Virus record (IMG/VR): IMGVR_UViG_3300030102_005172
Span: 1 to 64,000 of that record
Source of the DNA: a virus
Direction: 5' to 3' (one strand)
DNA: 64,000 bases
Position 1 is the first letter of the stretch, and each line of letters opens with the position of its first letter. The notes beneath the pieces were generated by a model. That model saw nothing but the letters and a program-made list of their open reading frames with translations. It was not told the origin of the DNA and searched no databases. The translations under genes were made by a program, and so were the position numbers. Positions 7,665 through 18,843 of this stretch are shown here, piece after piece.

Positions 7665-8068
7665 TCTTTTCCTTTAATAAATAATTGATAACTTCCTTTT
7701 ATTATATATAGTACTTTTTTACTTATAGAAGTAAGGTCGTAATCATTTATCTCATTAAAGGTAATCCATTTCACTTTCTGATGTACATTGAGCTTTGGTT
7801 TTCCACTCTCATATTTGATTATATATGGATGAACCATAATATTTTTTGTAACCCCAACCATTTCTCTTTCTGGTATTGAATAATAGGGAAATATCTCTAT
7901 ATCCAACTCTTCCTTCCATTCTCGTTTGATTGCGTCATATGGAGTTTCACCTTCCTCGATTTTTCCACCAGGAAGTTCCCATTGATTGGGACATATACTA
8001 TCCGATTGTAATCTCTGACCTATGAGGACTTTATCCTCGTCCAATAAAGCCCCACAAACTATTTTCAT
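7661..8068 (-). CDS. NUDIX hydrolase (MutT-like)
   Basis: WELPGGKIEEGETPYDAIKREWKEELDI Nudix box. Confidence 0.9.
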   Translation of the reverse strand: MKIVCGALLDEDKVLIGQRLQSDSICPNQWELPGGKIEEGETPYDAIKREWKEELDIEIFPYYSIPEREMVGVTKNIMVHPYIIKYESGKPKLNVHQKVKWITFNEINDYDLTSISKKVLYIIKGSYQLFIKGKE

Positions 8069-8228
8069 CTTGTTCTTTCACATCGTCTTGGATTATACCG
8101 AGGTCTTTATAGTTAAACGGAATGTCATATTTCTTGCACATAAGAATCATCACTTCCGTTGCTTTCATCATTTTCTCTGGATGTTTGTTCCAAAGAATAT
8201 ATTGCATTAAGTTTTCGTTAAAACTCAT
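8031..8228 (-). CDS. hypothetical protein
   Basis: ORF track. Confidence 0.5.
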   Translation of the reverse strand: MSFNENLMQYILWNKHPEKMMKATEVMILMCKKYDIPFNYKDLGIIQDDVKEQDENSLWGFIGRG

Positions 8229-8857
8229 TGTATATTAGGTATCTGAAAATCAGACCAATCCCTACCTTTTAAATTTACATTATCAAAGTAAAATGTCCAC
8301 TCGTGTTGACCTGCCCATATTTGTTTTGTGAATCCACTTGGTATAAGTGCTCCACCTTCTACATATTCGGGTTCATTATCAAAATGTACTATCACATTTA
8401 CTTTCACCTCTTCAAATACCTTGGATAAGTCTCGTTCAAATCTTTCGAGTTCTTTCCATGGTCCTCTATTTAGTGATTCGTGTTGAAGTGCACAATTTAG
8501 ATAATTAAATGTTTCTCTGAGTGTTTCTTTATCAAAACAATTAAATGCTGCTGCGGGTGCCATATGACCTTTGTCATATACATTTGCTTTGTAGTCATCA
8601 TTGTCTGAAGTCTTATATCCCTTTGGTTTCCAAAAGTCCATTCCACTTCTACTGATTTCACCTGTTGGACACATTATCTTATATGTCACTTGAAGTGGTT
8701 GTTCATATTCTTCACTATAAACAACATCATATAGGTCACCATCGTAATTTACAACTTGTGCAAATGTACTCATTGTACCTACTAACATAAAGAAGATTAT
8801 GGCGAATACCATAAAGTAATCTATTAAATCGAATTTATTTTTCATTTTTATATGCAT
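8225..8857 (-). CDS. exported DNA/RNA non-specific endonuclease (NucA/EndoG family)
   Basis: signal peptide; YDKGHMAPAA, ETF...N...Q...LNRG.W..LE. Confidence 0.9.
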   Translation of the reverse strand: MHIKMKNKFDLIDYFMVFAIIFFMLVGTMSTFAQVVNYDGDLYDVVYSEEYEQPLQVTYKIMCPTGEISRSGMDFWKPKGYKTSDNDDYKANVYDKGHMAPAAAFNCFDKETLRETFNYLNCALQHESLNRGPWKELERFERDLSKVFEEVKVNVIVHFDNEPEYVEGGALIPSGFTKQIWAGQHEWTFYFDNVNLKGRDWSDFQIPNIQ

Positions 8858-9017
8858 TGTGTCTTGCTAACACTTTATACTTAAGTGGTGGTCTGTTTCT
8901 CTGATATTGTTCCATGGTCCACCTAAGTCTGTCTGTTTTTACCACGAACACATTATCTTCCCCATCATCGGGATTAAGATACTTGATTTGTATCTTGTAG
9001 TTTTTAAATCTAGCCAT
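8835..9017 (-). CDS. hypothetical protein
   Basis: ORF track. Confidence 0.6.
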   Translation of the reverse strand: MARFKNYKIQIKYLNPDDGEDNVFVVKTDRLRWTMEQYQRNRPPLKYKVLARHNAYKNEK

Positions 9018-9486
9018 CTAATTCTAATTTTCGTTCAAAATATTGGGCAGTCTCCTGTATTTCAGGATTCTGTTTGATTGTTTGCATCGCAATCATATCT
9101 TTCATTTTGGTTGTTGACCATCCATGAGCTCTTGTAGTATATACAATTTTCGGTGGTAAGTCATCACCTGTAAAAGATTTTCCTATGTAGTCCTCACCTA
9201 AGATTCTTACATCTGGTTTGAAAAACTTAATTAATTCATAAAGTTCTTCTTCCGTTTGATATACATATACTTCATCGATATATTGTATTGCCATCAATGT
9301 TCTATATCTTTCGTATAGTGGTATAACTGGTTTGTATTTAGATTTCCTATGTAGACTTGGGTCTCTCTGAAGGAATACTATAAAATGGTCACAATGTCTC
9401 TTTGCCTCTTGGAATGTGTAAACATAACCAGGATGAATTAAATCAAAGTTACCTGCGGTACATCCTACTATTTTTTGTTTATCCAT
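9010..9486 (-). CDS. cytidylyltransferase (TagD/RfaE-like)
   Basis: G.FDLIHPGY (HxGH variant), ER...L, GEDY, R.HGWSTT. Confidence 0.8.
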   Translation of the reverse strand: MDKQKIVGCTAGNFDLIHPGYVYTFQEAKRHCDHFIVFLQRDPSLHRKSKYKPVIPLYERYRTLMAIQYIDEVYVYQTEEELYELIKFFKPDVRILGEDYIGKSFTGDDLPPKIVYTTRAHGWSTTKMKDMIAMQTIKQNPEIQETAQYFERKLELDG

Positions 9487-9820
9487 AAGTCTTTAATTGA
9501 ATATTAATTTTATCTACTAACTTTTGATGTTTATTCAATCCATCATCTGTTAGTGTAGTTTTTAATTCTTCTAACAACTCAACAATTCTTCGTTTACCTC
9601 TAACTTTGGCGAACCCTCTGTTTTCTCTTTCTACTTGATATAAAAGAAATGCGATTTCGTCAGTTTGTCTCAACTTAGTTTCATATTTACTGATTCTTGT
9701 ATCTACTATTCTATTATCCGTTGAAGTCCATTGTGGAACATATCCTTTGTACAACTCGTCTAATCTACCCTTGAGATACTGAATCTCCATCAGTTTGTTT
9801 AGTGTTTTTGTTTCCATCAC
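9479..9820 (-). CDS. hypothetical protein
   Basis: ORF track. Confidence 0.6.
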   Translation of the reverse strand: MMETKTLNKLMEIQYLKGRLDELYKGYVPQWTSTDNRIVDTRISKYETKLRQTDEIAFLLYQVERENRGFAKVRGKRRIVELLEELKTTLTDDGLNKHQKLVDKINIQLKTYG

Positions 9821-10456
9821 TTAATAGTTTTTTTTCTTTCTTTTGTAAATCCTTTGGTAAATCTTTATTAGATACTTTTAGATTTGTTTCTTCCTCAACT
9901 CGTTTGACACAAAACTTTCTTTGATTTATGTCACCCTTTCCCCATAACCAACCGATTGTTCCTTTTATTCTTTCGATTTCCTTTTCAAGTTCTACGAGAT
10001 TCTTTTTTAATATTATTTCATCTTTATCATCCAACTTATAGTTGATATCAAATTCTGCTGCGTAATCTAACATTTTTGATAAGTCTTGTCTCTCATATGC
10101 CTCTTTCACTTTCTGAAACTTATCGTGTTTACCACCTAATTTATCTGGATGGGTCTTAGCCGCGAGTCTCTTATATAAATTCTTGACTTTCCTCGGCGCA
10201 TCCCTAAGTAGTTCCCTCTGTTCATCGATTTTCCGTTGTTGTTCTTCTCGTTCTCGTTTTGCATTTTCAAAGTGAGTTGCTGGGTTTTCAAAAGCTTTCT
10301 GATTCTTTTTATTTTCTAACTTAGTTGCTTTCTTATAGTACTTGTCAAAATACTTGTCAAAATCTTTTGTGTACTTTTCAAAATCGTCCCTAACATCTTC
10401 TAGCTCTAATTTTAAGTAATCTGATTTTAACTTTAGTATTTTGAGTTTTCTGTTCA

Positions 10457-10457
<1 letters not shown>
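9765..10457 (-). CDS. coiled-coil protein with internal J-domain (DnaJ-like)
   Basis: LYKRLAAKTHPDKLGG...FQKVKEAYE; abuts groEL. Confidence 0.75.
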
Positions 10458-12058
<1,601 letters not shown>

Positions 12059-12667
12059 TTATTTACCTTTTTTTGATTTTTCTCTTGCTTGTTTTATTTG
12101 TTCTGCTCTCCATTGTGGTTGTTTACCCCTAAGATTACCTCTTAGATTGTGGAAACAATTGTAACACAAAAATCTGATATTATCTCTTTTATGATTTGTC
12201 CAATCATCGTCCATATGGTCAAGAATCAAAGGAATAGTTCCATCTGTAACTCTTTTTTCATTGTAACCACAATTGTGACATTCATGAGGAAATTCTAACT
12301 CAGGTTTATGTGAATTATTAATTAACCTTTTCTTTAATAAAAAAACAGGATATTTTGGGTGTTTACCATCTAATATATCATTCAATGCATATTTACCTTG
12401 AGTTACATTATATGGTTTCTTTACACCCTTACCTCTTTGATTCTTATGTAAGTCCCAAAGATTTTTACCTGTTTCCTCGTCTTTATATAATTTAGAATAT
12501 TTTTGATATGTAGTCAACGACACATTTAAGAATCTTGCTGCGCCTGAGTTTGACTTAGAGTTCTTCATCGCATACCGAATCTGAGACTCAGTTAGGTTCA
12601 AAGGAGTTCGTCCTTTTCCTAAAACATAACCATTCGGTAATTTAAAACCCTTTTTCATATCCTTCAT
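12059..12667 (-). CDS. HNH endonuclease with N-terminal HTH
   Basis: CHNC...LILDHMDDDWTNHKRDNIRFLCYNCF. Confidence 0.75.
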   Translation of the reverse strand: MKDMKKGFKLPNGYVLGKGRTPLNLTESQIRYAMKNSKSNSGAARFLNVSLTTYQKYSKLYKDEETGKNLWDLHKNQRGKGVKKPYNVTQGKYALNDILDGKHPKYPVFLLKKRLINNSHKPELEFPHECHNCGYNEKRVTDGTIPLILDHMDDDWTNHKRDNIRFLCYNCFHNLRGNLRGKQPQWRAEQIKQAREKSKKGK

Positions 12668-12684
12668 TTATATATAAATATGGA

Positions 12685-12912
12685 TTACCCATATTTTTCC
12701 ACTATACTCTCTAAAAATTGGAATTCTCTATGAGATAGTGTTATTCTTTTTTTCTGTATTTTTTGTTCTAAATCATACAATTTTTTCTTATCTTTATACG
12801 ACCAAATCCCTAATATATGTTTTGGGTTCGAATAAAGTATTTCTTTTGCACTCATCACAAAGTGAAAGTGTCTTCTTAGTTCTCGTTCTATCAGTTTTAT
12901 ACTCATTTCCAA
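12685..12912 (-). CDS. hypothetical protein
   Basis: ORF track. Confidence 0.5.
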   Translation of the reverse strand: MEMSIKLIERELRRHFHFVMSAKEILYSNPKHILGIWSYKDKKKLYDLEQKIQKKRITLSHREFQFLESIVEKYG

Positions 12913-13247
12913 AAGACCTGAACACCTAACAATAAAGTAGCCAATACTAAAGATACTGCTACTTTTGGTGTAATCCCTTCATTAAAGAACCTTGCAACCA
13001 TAATTGCGTATACGACCATACCAACTCCAAAACCTAAGAATCTTGCAGGCCATAGTAATCCATCAAAACCTTCTACTGAATATTTAGTTCCCCATATATA
13101 AAAATATGATATTGGTATACCAAATAATGCTAGTAAAAAAGTATTCTCTTTAAACCACTCCCATTTGAATTGTCCATTCAGTTGAAAGAACACTGCGATG
13201 TGTCCTATCAGAAACCAAAATAAACCCAACAACACATACCTGTTCAT
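12903..13247 (-). CDS. 4-TM small membrane protein (SMR/DMT-like topology)
   Basis: four hydrophobic helices; F.E...K motif before the last helix. Confidence 0.6.
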   Translation of the reverse strand: MNRYVLLGLFWFLIGHIAVFFQLNGQFKWEWFKENTFLLALFGIPISYFYIWGTKYSVEGFDGLLWPARFLGFGVGMVVYAIMVARFFNEGITPKVAVSLVLATLLLGVQVFWK

Positions 13248-13249
13248 TA

Positions 13250-13561
13250 TCAGTTGATTTTCATTAGTATTTCTTGTTCTCTAAATAGGTTTAGTTTTTC
13301 ACCATCTAACTTAAGTTGAATTCCTGTGTTTGGTACAATCACCATATCACCTACTTTTAGTTTCATAGGTATTTCTGTACCTGTTGTAGTGAATATACCA
13401 CTACCAACTGCGAGTACTTCACCCTTCATCTGTTCTTTATTAGATTCAGGTTTGTATAATCCACCTTTGGTCTTTTCTTCTTCTTTGATTACTTTGACTA
13501 AAACATAGTCATTTAGTGGTTGGTATGATTCATACCACTTCTTTTTTTCGGTTTTTGCCAT
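13250..13561 (-). CDS. groES: co-chaperonin GroES
   Basis: PLNDYVLVK...EEKTKGGL...GEVLAVGSG...LKVGD.V. Confidence 0.95.
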   Translation of the reverse strand: MAKTEKKKWYESYQPLNDYVLVKVIKEEEKTKGGLYKPESNKEQMKGEVLAVGSGIFTTTGTEIPMKLKVGDMVIVPNTGIQLKLDGEKLNLFREQEILMKIN

Positions 13562-13615
13562 AACTTCTTTCTAATTTGTTTACAATATACAACTTTTTTT
13601 TAACATATACAAGTG

Positions 13616-13894
13616 TTATTGTTGATTTCTTTTTAGAATATCAATCACTTGTCTTAAATCTTCTGAATCACGAAATACTATTGCATTATCCGTAATTGTT
13701 ACTTCTAACTCATCGTCCCATTCATCGGAAGTATTTGATTGGAATTCAATCTCATCGATTAATAATGAATAAAATGCTGGTGTTTCAAACTCTTCGAATA
13801 CACCATCCATGTTCACAGAACTATATTCATTATTAACTGATACCTCTTCTCTATCGAAACCTAATTCGATGAGGTCTTGTTCAGTTATCATCAT
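13616..13894 (-). CDS. acidic hypothetical protein
   Basis: ORF track; ITEQDLIELGF start. Confidence 0.6.
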   Translation of the reverse strand: MMITEQDLIELGFDREEVSVNNEYSSVNMDGVFEEFETPAFYSLLIDEIEFQSNTSDEWDDELEVTITDNAIVFRDSEDLRQVIDILKRNQQ

Positions 13895-14106
13895 TATATT
13901 TTCCCCGCGTCTAACTTATCAGTATTATTAATATCTTCAATTAAAGATTCAATTTTTTCTTTAGTTAAATCTGTAAAACCATCTTCTAACAAACCATATA
14001 CTTCCCAAAGATTATCTACAACTAATCTTTTTGAACATAAAGGATTTTTTGCTTTGATTTCTTTACCTTCTTTTAACCAATCTTTTACATCGTCTCTTAA
14101 ACTCAT
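13894..14106 (-). CDS. hypothetical protein
   Basis: ORF track. Confidence 0.55.
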   Translation of the reverse strand: MSLRDDVKDWLKEGKEIKAKNPLCSKRLVVDNLWEVYGLLEDGFTDLTKEKIESLIEDINNTDKLDAGKI

Positions 14107-14116
14107 GTTATCATAA

Positions 14117-14467
14117 TTATATCGTTACACTATCAAACCCACCATTCTTTTCAACAATAACTCCTTTTGCTCTAACTTGATTAGGGTGTTTGTCACTATT
14201 GTTGTTGATTAGGATTCTCTCAGCTCTACCAATTCCCATCACTAATTGATGGAATGGTATTCCTAAGATATCCATTTCTTGAATAGTATCATGTCTTAAA
14301 GACTCAGGTCTAGCAGTAGTTAATACAATATGGTGTCCACTTTTGAACCATGAAACCATTTTATCAACTACACCAGGCAATGCCTTAGACTTGAAAGGGT
14401 CAATACTTTCGAAAGGTACTTGGTGAACCAAAGTCCCATCGATATCACTAAAAATTGTTTTATTCAT
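14117..14467 (-). CDS. small HAD-superfamily phosphatase
   Basis: DIDGTL, TAR motif II; final motif degenerate (INNN). Confidence 0.75.
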   Translation of the reverse strand: MNKTIFSDIDGTLVHQVPFESIDPFKSKALPGVVDKMVSWFKSGHHIVLTTARPESLRHDTIQEMDILGIPFHQLVMGIGRAERILINNNSDKHPNQVRAKGVIVEKNGGFDSVTI

Positions 14468-14487
14468 ATTTACACATTTTTACAGTA

Positions 14488-14543
14488 CTAATATAACAAA
14501 TTATTTTTAATTAAACAAGCTTTTAATGTTAAATAATTGTTAA
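14488..14543 (-). promoter_or_regulatory. promoter with upstream TTAACA direct repeat
   Basis: CTTG-N20-TATATTAG; TGTTAA at 14527 and 14538. Confidence 0.65.
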
Positions 14544-14546
14544 TTT

Positions 14547-15188
14547 TTACCAATTTTCTCTTATTTTTTGTTCATCATCCCAAGTCCAACTGAATAGTCT
14601 TGTTTCTTCAGTATCGTGTAGGACAATTGTTTTTTCAGTTTCTTTATCATCATAGAAATACTCATATCCAAAACATGCGACATCGGAGTCCATTACTTTT
14701 ATGATTCTATCGGAAAATATCTTACAACCATTTGCCCAATTAATATCATCATAAGTATCTATTAAATTATTTATCATTCTTGAGTTAGGCGCTGAACCAT
14801 ATACTGCACAATCAAACAAAGTATTATTTTGTTGTGTTGGTTTCATACCTGTAAAGAATGTTATATTTTCATTTAGTTTATCCATTATCATGTCAAAACT
14901 TTGAATCGGTAGTGCGTCTGCGTCAACATAGATTCCACCAAATTCTTTTAGTAGTAAACATCTAACTCTATCACAAATAAACGCCCATCTATATAAATCA
15001 GGTTCTTTTAAGTAATTGGTTAGATATGGGTCATCTTTATATCTATCAAAAACCTCATTACCCCAAAGTTTACATTCATATCCTTGATTTATTTCAGGCA
15101 TTTTATCAGTAAACCCTTTGATTTGTTCGGGTATGGGTTTATCACCAACCCATAGTTGGTGTATTATTTTTGGTATTTTTGTTTTCAT
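14547..15188 (-). CDS. GT32/OCH1-like DXD glycosyltransferase
   Basis: IPKIIHQLW, DRVR..LL..FGGIYVDAD. Confidence 0.85.
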   Translation of the reverse strand: MKTKIPKIIHQLWVGDKPIPEQIKGFTDKMPEINQGYECKLWGNEVFDRYKDDPYLTNYLKEPDLYRWAFICDRVRCLLLKEFGGIYVDADALPIQSFDMIMDKLNENITFFTGMKPTQQNNTLFDCAVYGSAPNSRMINNLIDTYDDINWANGCKIFSDRIIKVMDSDVACFGYEYFYDDKETEKTIVLHDTEETRLFSWTWDDEQKIRENW

Positions 15189-15376
15189 ATACTTAAATGT
15201 CCTAACTTTTCATGTAACCTTTTCATATGTTTACAAGGTGAATAAGGTCTAAATTCTCTTGCTTTACATTCACAATCTGATATGTGGTAATCAATAACAG
15301 TAACATTGTAGTAAGACAACTTACCTGTCTTTTTGTTACGACTACCCATTTCTCTATACTTCCACTTGTTTAACAT
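15185..15376 (-). CDS. SWIM zinc-finger protein
   Basis: CEC.......PCKH. Confidence 0.7.
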   Translation of the reverse strand: MLNKWKYREMGSRNKKTGKLSYYNVTVIDYHISDCECKAREFRPYSPCKHMKRLHEKLGHLSI

Positions 15377-15510
15377 GGGCAAAATATCCATAGTGAAACA
15401 TATAATAATCCGAAAAGTCCACCTATAAACAAGGTAGAAACAATTGCCTCTACTGGGTTTTCAATTATACTTTTTACTGCGTCTCGGTTAAATTCGTACC
15501 ATTCTTTCAT
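15370..15510 (-). CDS. small single-TM protein (46 aa, ends WIFCPC)
   Basis: hand translation. Confidence 0.5.
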   Translation of the reverse strand: MKEWYEFNRDAVKSIIENPVEAIVSTLFIGGLFGLLYVSLWIFCPC

Positions 15511-15524
15511 AATATTCAATTTTT

Positions 15525-15590
15525 AAAAAAAAAGGTGGTTTGTTTCACAGGTTTTTGTCCCTTAAGTCTAACCACCTTAAGAAAAGACTT
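15525..15590 (-). terminator. intrinsic-terminator-like stem with alternative pairing
   Basis: AAGGTGGTT...AACCACC followed by a T9 run on the minus strand. Confidence 0.5.
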
Positions 15591-15598
15591 GCGTTTCT

Positions 15599-15826
15599 TT
15601 ATGCAAATGAGCCACTATTGATAAACTTACTAACAATTCCGTATTCTGAATGACTTAAAGCGTCATACCAATCTGATGCCACCTCATCTTCTACAAGAGA
15701 TATTGGACAATCAAAGTCTGGCTTGTTGTTAACAAATGATGGATAAACAATTCCTGAGTTGATATCAACCCAACTTCCTACTGATTTTAATTCTACTAAA
15801 TTCATATTTTTTACTTTATTACTCAT
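15599..15826 (-). CDS. hypothetical early protein
   Basis: ORF directly after a promoter. Confidence 0.6.
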   Translation of the reverse strand: MSNKVKNMNLVELKSVGSWVDINSGIVYPSFVNNKPDFDCPISLVEDEVASDWYDALSHSEYGIVSKFINSGSFA

Positions 15827-15836
15827 TATTACACTA

Positions 15837-15892
15837 CTAATATCGTTAATTTTTTTGACAATTCCAAATTTTTAATGTTAAATAATTGTTAA
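15837..15892 (-). promoter_or_regulatory. promoter with upstream TTAACA direct repeat
   Basis: TTTG(15865-15868)-N20-GATATTAG; TGTTAA at 15876 and 15887. Confidence 0.65.
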
Positions 15893-16471
15893 ATTTTGCT
15901 TAACATTTGCGAACTCTTTATCGGTCATATAAGTTTTATTACTACTTAGAAACTCTGAAACATCTTTATAGTTATCTTTCAATTCGTTCCACTCATTCAT
16001 CCAATACTCAACTGTACCCCATTTTGGTTTGTTGTTTACAAAGACATAAGAAGGGAAATACTTCATTGGAGTACCATTGTCAGTAGTTGGTGAATCCTCT
16101 CTGTATTCGTACATATCAATCATACCATTGAAATTACCACCTTGTAAAGTTTGTTTCCATTCAGATATTTTATCGAAGATTGAACTATCGACTTTTGAAC
16201 CATCTTGATTAGAAACATAGATATCACAAGAAGAACCACCACTATATACTGAAGAAGTAGCCCATACCTTTAAGGAAGGATAGTTTTTCTTAACATATTG
16301 TTTGATTATCGAAGAACAATACTTTGCTCTCATTTGGATGTAGGTTTCATCTTCCCATTGAGTTGAACCTTTTAGTACTAATGCTGATTTTGGTAATTCG
16401 TAGATATCACCATTAATTGTTAACTTGATTTTTTTACTCATATTTTTTGTTTTATATTTACTATTTCTCAT
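15878..16471 (-). CDS. protein with large-polyvalent-protein domain 29 (LPD29)-like region
   Basis: IKQYVKKNYP...YSGGSS.DI ... FNGMIDMYEY. Confidence 0.55.
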   Translation of the reverse strand: MRNSKYKTKNMSKKIKLTINGDIYELPKSALVLKGSTQWEDETYIQMRAKYCSSIIKQYVKKNYPSLKVWATSSVYSGGSSCDIYVSNQDGSKVDSSIFDKISEWKQTLQGGNFNGMIDMYEYREDSPTTDNGTPMKYFPSYVFVNNKPKWGTVEYWMNEWNELKDNYKDVSEFLSSNKTYMTDKEFANVKQNLTII

Positions 16472-16481
16472 TATTACATAG

Positions 16482-16559
16482 TAAAGATAGTGAAAAAATG
16501 TGGTTCTGGCAAACTTTTAATGTTAAATAATTGTTAAATTTATTAACAAGTTATTAACA
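16482..16559 (-). promoter_or_regulatory. promoter with upstream TTAACA repeat, flanked by two TTATTAACA boxes
   Basis: TTTG(16510-16513)-N20-TATCTTTA; TGTTAA 16521 and 16532; TTATTAACA 16540 and 16551. Confidence 0.7.
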
Positions 16560-17189
16560 ATTTTGCCTAAATTTGAATTTTTTTAGTGGTCTTTCCCACA
16601 TTTCATACACTTCATCCTTTTCATATCCAAATTTTATGTAATCATTGTAAAATCTATCGTAACATATTTGTCTAAGGTGTTCCTCGTTAAAATTAACTTT
16701 TGGAAAGTCTGTTTTACCTATGAATGGAATCTCAAAATCATCTGGCATAAACCACAACTCTTTTAGGTCTTCCTTGATATTTTCTGCTCTAATAAGTAAA
16801 TCTATCGTTTTTGATGTATTTCTGATTAAATCCCATTGATTCCAACCATTTATCCAATCTTGTGACATAGTTTGTAGAGATTCTATTGGTCCATCATTGG
16901 GGTCAACCATTTCGTGTAGTTCACCATGGTATCCATACTTCCAATAACTTAACCATCTATAATATGGATGTCTAATACTTGCAATATGAATATAATCGTC
17001 ACCTGCCTCTTCAGGCCAATTATTTACATGAGTAAAATTAGATGGGTGTTCATCAGACGGCCAGTCAGGATTCAAATCACAATGTTCTATAAAAATATCT
17101 CTTACAGACCTTGATGCGACTTTTGCAGGTGCAGTCCAAACAAACTTGTATTTGTGACTTATATTTGCACCTCTTTTTACAAAATCCAT
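16554..17189 (-). CDS. sulfotransferase family 2-like protein
   Basis: K.KFVW...AKVASRS (5'-PSB), IRHPY.R.LS.W (3'-PB), terminal Y..D...FGY. Confidence 0.7.
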   Translation of the reverse strand: MDFVKRGANISHKYKFVWTAPAKVASRSVRDIFIEHCDLNPDWPSDEHPSNFTHVNNWPEEAGDDYIHIASIRHPYYRWLSYWKYGYHGELHEMVDPNDGPIESLQTMSQDWINGWNQWDLIRNTSKTIDLLIRAENIKEDLKELWFMPDDFEIPFIGKTDFPKVNFNEEHLRQICYDRFYNDYIKFGYEKDEVYEMWERPLKKFKFRQNC

Positions 17190-17771
17190 TTATTCTGCCG
17201 TATTAAAGAAGAATGTTTGAAATAATCTACCATCATATTTGTCTGTACCGAAGTAGTCTAATGATTGGTGAAAGAAATCACCTCTGTAAATTACTAATCT
17301 GTTGTAGACATTTGCTAATCTTTCAGTCATTTCCCATTTTGTCATATCTTGGGAATCTTTGTAAATCTCATCCATTAGTTCTTTATCGTAAGAACCATCT
17401 TCTTTTAATGGATGACTGACTAAACCAGTTGCTTTGTGTTTAAATAAACCTGTTCCTGCGCTCAATGGGGCGTTTGGTGTTAAGTAACAAACTCCTGCCC
17501 ATCTTGTTGTATTATCACAATGAATCCAACTTCTCTCTCTTGAAGTTGTATATTGATATGCTCCTGTATATTCATCACCCCAATCAATGATTTTACCCCA
17601 TTGAGGTTCTAATATACTTTCAATAGTACCCATTACTGATTCATTTAAAAATGGTGTGGTTCTTTGTCCTGGATAATTACCTCTGACACCAAAGTCTTGT
17701 TGTAGTGCGAATTCTCTTACATCGTCAACATTGGAGTAAAAGTTATCCACAATGTATGCGTTTACTTCCAT
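17190..17771 (-). CDS. 2OG-Fe(II) oxygenase-like (DUF6445-type)
   Basis: IVDNFY...NYPG.RT, WIHCD, YNRLVIY....FH, GRL.Q.FF. Confidence 0.75.
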   Translation of the reverse strand: MEVNAYIVDNFYSNVDDVREFALQQDFGVRGNYPGQRTTPFLNESVMGTIESILEPQWGKIIDWGDEYTGAYQYTTSRERSWIHCDNTTRWAGVCYLTPNAPLSAGTGLFKHKATGLVSHPLKEDGSYDKELMDEIYKDSQDMTKWEMTERLANVYNRLVIYRGDFFHQSLDYFGTDKYDGRLFQTFFFNTAE

Positions 17772-17785
17772 AACTTTTTTTAATA

Positions 17786-17929
17786 TTAAATTGTTCTAAA
17801 TCTTCTCGATGAATTCCAATATATTCTTGGAGTTGCTCCTAAGAACTTTTTTTTATGAACTCTTTCATTGAAATCGTTACGGGTCTGATTTAGTTGTGTA
17901 TTTCCGTTTTGTTGTTCTTGATTTATCAT
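17786..17929 (-). CDS. small hypothetical protein (47 aa)
   Basis: hand translation MINQEQQNGNTQLNQTRNDFNERVHKKKFLG... Confidence 0.5.
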   Translation of the reverse strand: MINQEQQNGNTQLNQTRNDFNERVHKKKFLGATPRIYWNSSRRFRTI

Positions 17930-17934
17930 TTACT

Positions 17935-18843
17935 TTATTTCATATATTTTGTTATACTCTCAGGTGCGTTATCTTTCACCCACATGAATAGTTTCATTTT
18001 CCAAGTCATCTCAGGTAGAATTCCTTTACCTTCTTTTTTGACTGGTAAAGATAAGAATCCTTTTGCTATTCCTTCTACATTGTTTCCTTCTGCGTCTTTA
18101 TAGAATACTGTATGTTTTGGATTATTAAGAATCACATCAACCCTACCATTTAATCCTCTTGGCATTGCCTTTGTTATGAGACCCCAAACAGTATTTGCTG
18201 CACCTTCATGAGTTTTCAATAGAATATCTTCAGGCACCATTCTTTCTCTGTTTCTGTTGTTTTCCATTGCGGTTACATAATTAGTAAGAATCCATGTTAG
18301 ATGGACATTTTTAGATTGATATCCTGCTTTTTTTAACATAGGAATTATATTTGTAATATCTGTAACATCTTTTGCGGTAATGTCAAACATTATATTTGGA
18401 AGGGTTTCAGGGTTTTCTTTTCCTACTAATAATTTTTCTAATGAACTATCTTTGATACCCGTTGCTTTTACTAACTGATGTAGTGCTCTAACATGGTCAG
18501 GTTTTTTTAGTTGTAAGTTTCTTAACTGAAATCCTTGTGATTGTAAACTTCTGATGTTTTCTATTTCTTTCGCTGGAATGTTTCTACCATATTTCTTTAA
18601 GATTCCATCTATGTCTATTTTACCCATTCTATTTAGAATCTGTAATTGTTGTTTCATTTTATCGACATCACGAACTTTAAATGCGGTATTATCTATAAAA
18701 TGTGAACTTGAGAAACCTTTACCACTACCTGCACCACCTGCCAAGAAGACAACTTGACCATATGGTTTTCTTTGATTATATACAATTAACTTTTCGTCTA
18801 ATTGTTCTTCTGTGATTACTTCGTATATTAAATCTTTAATCAT
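17935..18843 (-). CDS. P-loop kinase (zeta-toxin/AAA_33-like)
   Basis: FLAGGAGSGKG Walker A, IMFD.T, A...N..RER. Confidence 0.75.
   Translation of the reverse strand: MIKDLIYEVITEEQLDEKLIVYNQRKPYGQVVFLAGGAGSGKGFSSSHFIDNTAFKVRDVDKMKQQLQILNRMGKIDIDGILKKYGRNIPAKEIENIRSLQSQGFQLRNLQLKKPDHVRALHQLVKATGIKDSSLEKLLVGKENPETLPNIMFDITAKDVTDITNIIPMLKKAGYQSKNVHLTWILTNYVTAMENNRNRERMVPEDILLKTHEGAANTVWGLITKAMPRGLNGRVDVILNNPKHTVFYKDAEGNNVEGIAKGFLSLPVKKEGKGILPEMTWKMKLFMWVKDNAPESITKYMK

Noticed and set aside
17935-18843. Zeta toxin-antitoxin pair
   Set aside because: Only general P-loop kinase similarity; no recognisable epsilon antitoxin
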